Of a stretch of 64,000 nucleotides of DNA, positions 57,277 through 64,000 are shown in pieces. The stretch spans positions 3,674,471 through 3,738,470 of the forward strand of contig CBDEVO010000003.1 of NCBI GenBank assembly GCA_965243615.1. The letters run 5' to 3'. Positions within the stretch are counted from its first letter, which is position 1; each line of letters opens with the position of its first letter. Position numbers and translations under genes: made by a program. The notes under the pieces were generated by a model. The model was not told where the DNA came from. It made no database searches and saw nothing but the letters and a program-made list of their open reading frames with translations. This DNA is from Vicinamibacterales bacterium (GTDB taxonomy: Bacteria; Acidobacteriota; Vicinamibacteria; Vicinamibacterales; UBA8438).

Positions 57277-60195
57277 TCAGAACCCGTACCGGATGCCCGC
57301 CTGGAACTGCCGCGGGTAGCCCCCGGCGAGGAGCCGGGTCGTCACGAGGTAGCTGCCCGACCGCCGGTCGCCCGACGGGTTGACCCAGTTCACGCGGTTC
57401 GTCGCGTTGAAGAGCTCGCCGAAGATGTCGACGGTCTGCTCGCCGCCCCCCCTGAAGCGGTAGCCGAAGCGCAGGTCGAGCTGGAAGTAGTCGGGCCCGT
57501 AGGCGCCCCTCAGCCCCCCCGCGTTGTCCACCGTGATCGCGTTCGTCCCGGACCCGCTGTAGCTGCCCGGCTGGAGCGGGTCGAGCAACTGTCCGTTCAT
57601 GTCCGGATCGAAGTTGCTGTCGTGGATGGTGAACGGGGTGCCGCTCATGTACCGGGCGACGGCGCTGAGGGTCACGCCCCCCGTCCCCGGTATCTCCATC
57701 TGCCCGCTCAGGGTCAGGAGGTGGCGCCGGTCGTACTGGCTGGGGCCCCACAGCAGGTCGAGGTTGCGGTTCTCCATGACCTGGGCCACGTTCACCTCGT
57801 CGTTGGGGTCGCCGTCGTTGTTGCCCCGGGCGTAGCCGAGGGTGTAGGCCACGCGCGCACTCCAGTTGTCGGCGTAGCGCTTCTCGATCTGGAAGTTGAG
57901 GCCGTCGTAGGCCGAGCTGGCGTTGTTCTCGATGATCCACACGTCGCTGGCGAACGGCGCGATCCCCAACTCGTCGGCGAGCCCCATGAAGTCGACCCGC
58001 GTGACCGGGTCGGTCCGGTTCGTCCCCGCTCTGACGCGCGGCGTGAGGTTGTAGCGCAGCGGGAGGTCGCGGCCCCAGAGCTTGACGTAGTCGATGCCGA
58101 ACGAGACCTGGGGACTGAGCTCGCGCTCGTAGCCGAACGACACCGAGTCCTGGTGGGCGACGGGGCGATTGGGGGTGTCCAGCCACACCGCCCCGAAGTT
58201 CCGGAAGGACGAGCCGATGGGCACGAGCTGGGAGATGAGGCCACGGTCCAGCATGGGCCCGTTCATGAGCAGGGGGTGGGTGGGGAACATCCCCTGGCTC
58301 GGACCCGGGTCGATGTCGTCGAGCGGGAAATCGACCTGCTGTGAGGTCGCGTAGACCCCGCGCCGGACGAAGTTCTCGAAGCGGTTGACCCAGAGCCGCT
58401 CGTAGAAACGGCCGAATCCGCCGCGGATGACCGAGTTATTCCCCGCGTCGTAGGCGAAGCCCAGGCGCGGCGCGATGTTGTTCTTGTCGACGGGGTAGGC
58501 GTCGGGGTCGTCGAACAGCGGGTTGAAGAACGCCTTGATCGGGGCGATGTGGACGTCGTAGCGCACCCCCAGGTTGAGGGTCAGGTTGTTGATGCGCCAC
58601 TTGTCCTGCAGGAAGAGCCCGCCCGAGTGCACCGACGTGAACGGCCGGTCCGGCACCGGCATGCGCACCGTCAGGCGCTCCGGGTAGGTGAAGGGGTTGC
58701 CCGCGTCGAACGGCATGTCGCTCGCCATCTGGAAGACGCCGTTCATCGCGATCTGGTCGACGCGCCGGTGCTGAGCGTTGTTGTACTGGATGCCGAACTT
58801 GAAGTCGTGGTCCCCGCCGTCGGTCGGCACGAACCAACTGAAGGCGTTCTGGAACGCGTAGGATTGCATCTTCCGGTCCAGCGCGAACGAGTCGGCCTGG
58901 GTGATGATGCCGCTCTTCAGCAGGATGGTGGGCGGCTCCAGGGTCTGGTCGTTGGTGTCGTGATAGCCGAGCGAGCCCCAGTTGGGGCGTTCGTAGGTCC
59001 AAGACGCCCGCGTGGTGTTGACCGCGTTCGTGCCGACGATCCAGTTGTAGGTCCCCACCAGGGTCCAGTCGTCGTCCCGCTCGTTGGTCACCGTCTCCTG
59101 CGTGCGGTTGCCGGCGGGGTTGCCGTTGGTGGGCTGGTGGTCCCAGAGATAGCGGATCGAGTAGTTGTGGTCGGAGTTGATCTGATCGTCGAAGCGGAGC
59201 AGGTAGTTGTCGAAGTTCGACTCCTGCACCCCCGTGAAGCTCAGGTCCGGCCGCTCGGGGTAGAAGCGGCTCTCCCCGAGGTCGAGATCGAGGCGCTCGT
59301 AGCTGAAGAAGAAGTGGGCCTTGTCCTGCACGACGGGGCCCCCGATGGTGCCGCCGAGTTGCCGCAGGGCCGTGTCCGGCTTCTCGCCGCCACGTTGCTT
59401 GACGAGGAAGTCCGGCGCGGTCAGGGCGGCGCTCGTGTAGAAGCCGAACGCGCTGCCGTGGAGCTCGTTGGTCCCGGTCTTGCTGATGGCGTTGATGACC
59501 CCCGACGTGGCCGACTCGTACTCGGCGTCCATCTGGTTGGTGACGACCTGGAACTCGGCCACCGACTCGAGGGCGGGCTTGGCCTGCGACTGGCCCCCGC
59601 GCAGGTCGTCGTTGTTGGCCCCCCCGTCCAGCATGAACATGATGCCGGTCTGGTTCTGGCCGTTGATGCGCACCCCGGACGAGCTCGGGCTGCTCGACGG
59701 CGTCAACTGCACGCCGGGCAGGAGGGCGATGAAGCTCGTGAAGTTGCGGCTCGACGACGGCAGGTCTCTCAGCTCCTCCGTCGAGACGTTGCCGCCGACC
59801 TGGGCCGAGGTGAGGTCGACGAGCGGCGACTCCCCGGTCACCGTGAGCGACTCCTCCAGCGCCCCGATCTGCAGCGAGAGGTCGATCTGCACGGTCGGTC
59901 CGACCTGCAGGACGATGTTCTCGGTGTTGAGCTCGCGGAAGCCCGGGAGCCGGGCGGTGAGGGTGTAGGGGCCGGGTTGCAGGCTGGCGAGCGAGTACTC
60001 GCCCCCCGGTCCGGTGACGGTCTCCCGGAAGGTCCCCGTCTCCTCGTGGGTGGCGACGACGGTGGCGCCCGGAAGGACGCCGCCCTGCTCGTCGGAGACG
60101 ATACCGCGAATCGCGGACGTTCCCTGCGCGAAGGCCGGTGCGGCCAGGACGCAGGTCAGAAGGACGGCGAGCGGTGCGACGACGACTGTACGCAT
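57277..60195 (-). CDS. TonB-dependent outer-membrane receptor with N-terminal carboxypeptidase-regulatory-like domain (Oar-type)
   Basis: ATG 60195 after GGAGGTG; signal peptide; IRGIVSDEQGGVLPGATVVATHEETG..GEY....L.PG.YTL; plug (NFTSFIALLPGV); long barrel ending ..GIRYGF. Confidence 0.85.
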   Translation of the reverse strand: MRTVVVAPLAVLLTCVLAAPAFAQGTSAIRGIVSDEQGGVLPGATVVATHEETGTFRETVTGPGGEYSLASLQPGPYTLTARLPGFRELNTENIVLQVGPTVQIDLSLQIGALEESLTVTGESPLVDLTSAQVGGNVSTEELRDLPSSSRNFTSFIALLPGVQLTPSSSPSSSGVRINGQNQTGIMFMLDGGANNDDLRGGQSQAKPALESVAEFQVVTNQMDAEYESATSGVINAISKTGTNELHGSAFGFYTSAALTAPDFLVKQRGGEKPDTALRQLGGTIGGPVVQDKAHFFFSYERLDLDLGESRFYPERPDLSFTGVQESNFDNYLLRFDDQINSDHNYSIRYLWDHQPTNGNPAGNRTQETVTNERDDDWTLVGTYNWIVGTNAVNTTRASWTYERPNWGSLGYHDTNDQTLEPPTILLKSGIITQADSFALDRKMQSYAFQNAFSWFVPTDGGDHDFKFGIQYNNAQHRRVDQIAMNGVFQMASDMPFDAGNPFTYPERLTVRMPVPDRPFTSVHSGGLFLQDKWRINNLTLNLGVRYDVHIAPIKAFFNPLFDDPDAYPVDKNNIAPRLGFAYDAGNNSVIRGGFGRFYERLWVNRFENFVRRGVYATSQQVDFPLDDIDPGPSQGMFPTHPLLMNGPMLDRGLISQLVPIGSSFRNFGAVWLDTPNRPVAHQDSVSFGYERELSPQVSFGIDYVKLWGRDLPLRYNLTPRVRAGTNRTDPVTRVDFMGLADELGIAPFASDVWIIENNASSAYDGLNFQIEKRYADNWSARVAYTLGYARGNNDGDPNDEVNVAQVMENRNLDLLWGPSQYDRRHLLTLSGQMEIPGTGGVTLSAVARYMSGTPFTIHDSNFDPDMNGQLLDPLQPGSYSGSGTNAITVDNAGGLRGAYGPDYFQLDLRFGYRFRGGGEQTVDIFGELFNATNRVNWVNPSGDRRSGSYLVTTRLLAGGYPRQFQAGIRYGF

Positions 60196-60501
60196 GGGAT
60201 CCACCTCCAGTGGAAGCACGGATCAACGCCGCCGACCGAACGGCCGCCGAGCGAACATCCTTCAGCGCGTCTGTTCCCAGCGCGTTCACCTTGCGCGTCG
60301 CTGTCGTTGTTCTGTGGTGTTCTCTGGCCGGATCCCTCCAACGAACTGGTCTAGCCGGTCTATGGGTGGACGGCCATTGTTGCACCGATCCTCACTCCGC
60401 ACCACACAAAACCACTCCGGCCGCCGCGCCGCGGCCGGGGCCGGGTTGCGGAGGGGACATGGTCGTGCGACCCGACCGACCCCGCGGGCGCAGCGCGCGG
60501 T

Positions 60502-60530
60502 TTGCGGCAGGGGCGGCGATCAGTTAGCAT
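60502..60530 (+). promoter_or_regulatory. Candidate promoter (TTGCGG-17 nt-TAGCAT) for the copper-module genes
   Basis: TTGCGG at 60502-60507 and TAGCAT at 60525-60530. The ATG at 60543 is only 13 nt downstream, implying a very short leader. Confidence 0.3.
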
Positions 60531-60542
60531 GAAGCGACCGCC

Positions 60543-60941
60543 ATGCTCTCCGTCCGAAACTCCCGTGCGGGCACGGTCGGCGCCGTCATCGCCTGGAAGC
60601 TCACCGTCCTCGCGTTGTTGCCGGCCGCGCTCTGCTGCCGGGCCGCGATGGCCGCGGACGGGACCGCGGTGCCCGCCTGTTGCGAGGGCGGCGAGCACGG
60701 GGCGATGTGTCCGTTGAAGAGCGGGCATGCCGACGAGACGGATCCGCCGCCGGACCAGCCGCGCATGGCCGGCTGCAACAACCTCGACGACGCGCTCATC
60801 GGGTTGCTGGGTCTCACCGGCTTCACGCCCGACTCGTTCGAGCTGACCACCGACCCTGCCGCCGCCGGTCGCGTAGGCGACCGCGGCCAGGCCGCCGATT
60901 CCTTCGTTGGCCTTCTCGGCCCGCCGCCTCCGCGGGCCTGA
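60543..60941 (+). CDS. Small Cys/His/Met-rich exported protein
   Basis: TM/signal WKLTVLALLPAALCC; VPACCEGGEHGAMCPLKSGH cluster; sits upstream of a metal-type TonB receptor and CopC; no family confidently recognised. Confidence 0.5.
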   Translation: MLSVRNSRAGTVGAVIAWKLTVLALLPAALCCRAAMAADGTAVPACCEGGEHGAMCPLKSGHADETDPPPDQPRMAGCNNLDDALIGLLGLTGFTPDSFELTTDPAAAGRVGDRGQAADSFVGLLGPPPPRA

Positions 60942-61054
60942 CGCTGCCCGCACCGTTCCCGTTCCGCAACCGCGGTCGTTCGCGCCTCCGTGGGCGCCGT
61001 CCGGGCTTTCGCCCGTTCGACGCGCCGTCGGCCGGCGCACCAGGGAGGTTCGAG

Positions 61055-63556
61055 GTGTACAGGGTCTGTCTCGTCGTGCGCGGGGGGGGGCGTCCCCTGC
61101 GCGGGTGGCTGCCGGCGCTCCTGTTGGCCAGTCTGGCCGCTTCCGCCAGCCTGGGCGCACGGGAGCGCGGGAGCTTGATCGGCTCGGTGACGGACGCGCA
61201 GGGGCTGGCGCTGCCCGGCGTCGCCGTCGTCCTTCACACCGCCGAGCGCGACTTCGTGGCGTCGACGGTCACCGATCGGGCCGGCGCGTTCGCGCTCGAG
61301 AGCGTGCCCGCCGGCGACTACGTGCTCACGGCGAGCCTGCTCGGGTTCTCGCCGCACGAGGAGCGGGTAACGGCCGTTCCGCAAGGGGGCGACGTCGCCA
61401 TCACGCTCGAGGTGGGGTCGTTCGCTCAGGAGGTCAGCGTCACCGCCCTCATGCCCGAGGTGGCGACGGAGCTGGTCGCGCCCGCGTCGGAGATCGAGCG
61501 TCGCGTCGTCCAGGACCTCGCGCAGTCGCTTCGCAGCCACCCGGGGGTGACCGCGCTCCGCCGCGGGGCGATCAACCTCGACCCCTCGGTCCGCGGGCTC
61601 TACGCCGAGCAGATCGGCGTCTTCGTCGACGGGACCCGCACGTTCGCGGCGGGCCCCGCCCGCATGGACTCGGCCTTGAGCCACGTCAGCCCCCACGCGC
61701 TGCAGTCGCTCCGCGTGGTGCGGGGGCCGTACGCCCTGACGTGGGGCGCCGGCGCCCTCAGCGCCATCCAGGCCGAGACGTTCAAGCCCGCGTTCGGCGC
61801 GGGCGGCTTCCGGGTCGGCGGCCGCGCCGGCTACAACTACGGGAGCAACGGCGGCGCCAACGACGGCTTCGGCAGCCTCTACGGCAGCTCGGACCGGGTG
61901 CGGTTCACGTTCCAGCACAACACCCGCATGGGCGGCGACTACCGCGACGGCAACGGCGACACGGTCGACGGGGAATACGAGTCGTTCGACACGCGCTGGG
62001 ACCTCGGGGCCCGCCTGGGGCGGCGGACGCTGCTCGAGTACAGCGGCGGCTTCCAGCGGCAGAACGACATCGACTATCCCGGGCGCCTCCTCGACGCCAC
62101 GTTCTTCGAGACGCAGTCGCACGCATTGGCGTTCTCGCACGCGCCGGCCTCGGGTATCCTGACCGAGCTCGCGGGCCGGGCCTACGTGAACCGCAAGGAC
62201 CACCTGATGAACAACGACGGCAAGCCGACGGCGGTGCGCAACCACCACCGGACGCCGCCGTTCCCCATTCGCGTGCACCTGCCCACGTCGTCGGACACCG
62301 TCGGCGCTCGCTTCCACGCCGCCCTCGCGACGGGTCCGCTCCGCTACAAGCTGGGGTTCGACGCGTACCAGCTTCGGCAGAACGCCACCCAGACCATCAG
62401 CGACCGCGACACCGGCGACGTCCACCACGACCGGCATCCGGTGTGGCCGGCCGCGACCCTCACCAACGCCGGGGGCTACGCGCAGGTGCTGGTCGACCGC
62501 GGGCGGAGCACCCTGGGGGCCACCGTGCGGATCGATCGGGAGCAGGCGGCGGTGGGGCAGGTGACCTCGTTCTTCGCCGACAACGCGGTCCCCGAGTACG
62601 GGCTCGACGAGGTGCACGGCCGGTTCCGCTGCGTGACGGCGCAGTGCATGGGGCCGACGCACGGCCACGGCATGCACGGCCACGGGACGCACGGCCACGA
62701 CATGCACGACCACGGGCACGGCGCCGCGATGCTGGTGTCCGGCGACCCCTTCGCGCGGACCGGCACCAGCGTCAGCGCCGCCGCCAACGCGAGCCTGCGC
62801 CTGACCGATTACTGGCAGGTCACGCTCGGGGCGGGTCGGGCCGTGCGGAATCCCTCGGCGCTGGAGCGCTACGCCGACCGGTTCCCCGCCGTGAAGTTCC
62901 AGACCGCGGCGGAGTTCGTCGGCAACCCCCGCCTCGTGCCGGAGAAGAGCCTCGAGCTCAACGTGGGGACGACGCTGCGCGCCGCCGGGGCCACCGTCAC
63001 CCTCGACGTCTTCGTGCGCAACGTCGACGACTACATCACGGTGGCGCACGACCCCAACCTCGCGAGGCGCCTCCCGCTCAGTCCCGACCAGCTCTTCCGC
63101 TACGTGCAGGCGGACGCCGCGCGCTTCGCGGGATTCGACCTGACCGCGTCCTCCGCCGTCGGGCCGTGGGTGGACGTGCGGGGCGGCTGGTCGTACGTCC
63201 GGGCCGACGATCTGCTCTTCGACGAGCCGCTGTTCGGCGTGCCGCCGTTCGAGCAGCAGGTCGCCCTCGACGTGCACGATCCGGCGAGGACCCGCTGGGT
63301 GGAGCTGCTGGTGACGAGCACGGCGGCACAGGCGCGCGTCGCCTCGGCGCGGTTCGAGGCGCCCACCGACGGCTGGACGACGGTCGACCTGATGGGCGGC
63401 GTTCGGATGCGCGAGGGGCTGACGCTGCGGGCCGGCGTGCAGAACCTGACCGACCGCTACTACGTCAACCACCTGAACTCGTTCGATCCGTTCACGCGCC
63501 TGCGGATCGCCGAGCTCGGGCGCAGCGTCTTCGTCGGCACGGAGATGGGGTTCTGA
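61055..63556 (+). CDS. TonB-dependent receptor with CarboxypepD_reg-like N-domain and a His-rich repeat loop (putative Cu/Zn receptor)
   Basis: GTG 61055 after AGGGAGG; GSVTDAQGLALPGVAVVL.., plug (LRSHPGVTALRRGAINLDPSVRGL), barrel, C-terminal ..VFVGTEMGF; HGHGMHGHGTHGHDMHDHGHG insert. Confidence 0.85.
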   Translation: MYRVCLVVRGGGRPLRGWLPALLLASLAASASLGARERGSLIGSVTDAQGLALPGVAVVLHTAERDFVASTVTDRAGAFALESVPAGDYVLTASLLGFSPHEERVTAVPQGGDVAITLEVGSFAQEVSVTALMPEVATELVAPASEIERRVVQDLAQSLRSHPGVTALRRGAINLDPSVRGLYAEQIGVFVDGTRTFAAGPARMDSALSHVSPHALQSLRVVRGPYALTWGAGALSAIQAETFKPAFGAGGFRVGGRAGYNYGSNGGANDGFGSLYGSSDRVRFTFQHNTRMGGDYRDGNGDTVDGEYESFDTRWDLGARLGRRTLLEYSGGFQRQNDIDYPGRLLDATFFETQSHALAFSHAPASGILTELAGRAYVNRKDHLMNNDGKPTAVRNHHRTPPFPIRVHLPTSSDTVGARFHAALATGPLRYKLGFDAYQLRQNATQTISDRDTGDVHHDRHPVWPAATLTNAGGYAQVLVDRGRSTLGATVRIDREQAAVGQVTSFFADNAVPEYGLDEVHGRFRCVTAQCMGPTHGHGMHGHGTHGHDMHDHGHGAAMLVSGDPFARTGTSVSAAANASLRLTDYWQVTLGAGRAVRNPSALERYADRFPAVKFQTAAEFVGNPRLVPEKSLELNVGTTLRAAGATVTLDVFVRNVDDYITVAHDPNLARRLPLSPDQLFRYVQADAARFAGFDLTASSAVGPWVDVRGGWSYVRADDLLFDEPLFGVPPFEQQVALDVHDPARTRWVELLVTSTAAQARVASARFEAPTDGWTTVDLMGGVRMREGLTLRAGVQNLTDRYYVNHLNSFDPFTRLRIAELGRSVFVGTEMGF
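62660..62722 (+). repeat. 15-nt-period coding repeat (CAC GGC CAC GGN ATG/ACG) x about 4
   Basis: Reads cacggccacggcatg cacggccacgggacg cacggccacgacatg cacgaccacgggcac ggc, in frame with the receptor, encoding HGHGM-HGHGT-HGHDM-HDHGH-G. Confidence 0.9.
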
Positions 63557-63625
63557 GGCGCGCCCGGCATGTATCGCATGATCCCGGTTTCGGAGGACAC
63601 GCACGCATAGAGCGGAGAATCAACG

Positions 63626-63991
63626 ATGTCCAAGATGAAGACCGTCGGTTGGTGTCTCGCGCTGGTCGTCGCGTCGGTCGCGGTCGCGGCCGCGCACATG
63701 ACGGTGCAGAAGACGATGCCGGAGGCCGACGCGGTGCTGCCGGCGTCGCCGGGCCACATCCAGGTGTGGTTCACGCAGTCGCCCGACCCCGTCATCAGCC
63801 GGCTGGTCCTCGAGAGCGCGAACGGCGACGTGGCCCTCGGGACGACAGAGGTGCGGGACGACAATTCCCTGGCGGCGATGCTGCCGTCCAGGCTCGCGGC
63901 GGGCGACTACACCGTGAGGTGGCGGACGGCCGGCGACGACGGGCACACGCAGCGCGGGGAGTTCGCGTTCAGGGTGAGCGCCGCCGACTGA
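63626..63991 (+). CDS. copC: CopC-domain periplasmic copper-binding protein
   Basis: Signal peptide ending AVAAA|HMTV, so the mature protein would begin with His. V.W......DGH...G.F.F (RWRTAGDDGHTQRGEFAFRV) is the CopC signature. Confidence 0.85.
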   Translation: MSKMKTVGWCLALVVASVAVAAAHMTVQKTMPEADAVLPASPGHIQVWFTQSPDPVISRLVLESANGDVALGTTEVRDDNSLAAMLPSRLAAGDYTVRWRTAGDDGHTQRGEFAFRVSAAD

Positions 63992-64000
63992 CTTGAAACA

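Noticed and set aside
57151-60385. ORFs 57151..58344(+), 58549..60354(+), 58436..60385(-)
   Set aside because: They overlap the Oar-type TonB receptor (57277..60195, minus), which has coherent domain order. These alternatives are compositionally biased.
60524-63996. 1026-aa minus ORF and 1029-aa alternative + frame over the His-repeat TonB receptor
   Set aside because: Only the frame starting at GTG 61055 shows CarboxypepD_reg, plug and barrel motifs and the terminal aromatic residue. The other frames are low complexity.

Overview
64-kb, very GC-rich bacterial chromosomal segment (judged by eye; G+C not computed). I recognised no rRNA, tRNA or CRISPR array. All family calls come from reading motifs in the translations; no database search was run.

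Layout:
(1) nt 1-40,593: about 45 genes, all on the + strand and tightly packed, with many ATGA/GTGA/TAATG stop-start overlaps. They cover acyl-CoA/propionate metabolism (ACAD, MeaB, methylmalonyl-CoA epimerase, crotonase, EtfB/EtfA, ETF-QO), mtnP, ribH-nusB-lysS, lolC/E-lolD and clpC. There is an outer-membrane/lipid A block (bamA-skp-fabZ::lpxA fusion-lpxI-oxidoreductase) and a futalosine-type menaquinone block that begins with a radical-SAM homologue lacking the cysteine motif. One 1660-bp IS has perfect 12-bp inverted repeats and a 9-bp target duplication. The run ends with a TonB-like gene, miaA, a dgt-like gene, yceD-rpmF-fabD-fabG-acpP-fabF and a DUF374 acyltransferase.
(2) nt 40.6-45.8 kb: accessory patch. 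It holds a Phd/ParE toxin-antitoxin pair, a 5'-truncated tannase/feruloyl-esterase remnant, a LOG/TIGR00725-like gene, two divergently transcribed paralogues of an uncharacterised exported protein, and a HEPN(DUF86)/MNT pair.
(3) nt 45.9-56.7 kb: seven co-oriented genes that all encode proteins with signal-like N-termini. These are DUF1592 (CxxCH), Tat-DUF1552, an ankyrin-repeat protein, a hypothetical, a CxxCH + PHM/DBH-like putative copper monooxygenase, a PQQ sugar dehydrogenase fused to two CMD/AhpD-like domains, and a SnoaL-like protein. This is the best candidate for an undescribed periplasmic redox system.
(4) nt 57.3-64.0 kb: an Oar-type TonB-dependent receptor, then a putative copper module. 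The module is a small Cys/His-rich exported protein, a TonB-dependent receptor with an (HGHxM)-type 15-nt periodic His repeat, and CopC.

Gene content suggests an Acidobacteriota-like Gram-negative lineage; this is inference only. Many long ORFs in the supplied track are antisense or off-frame shadows typical of high-GC DNA and were rejected.
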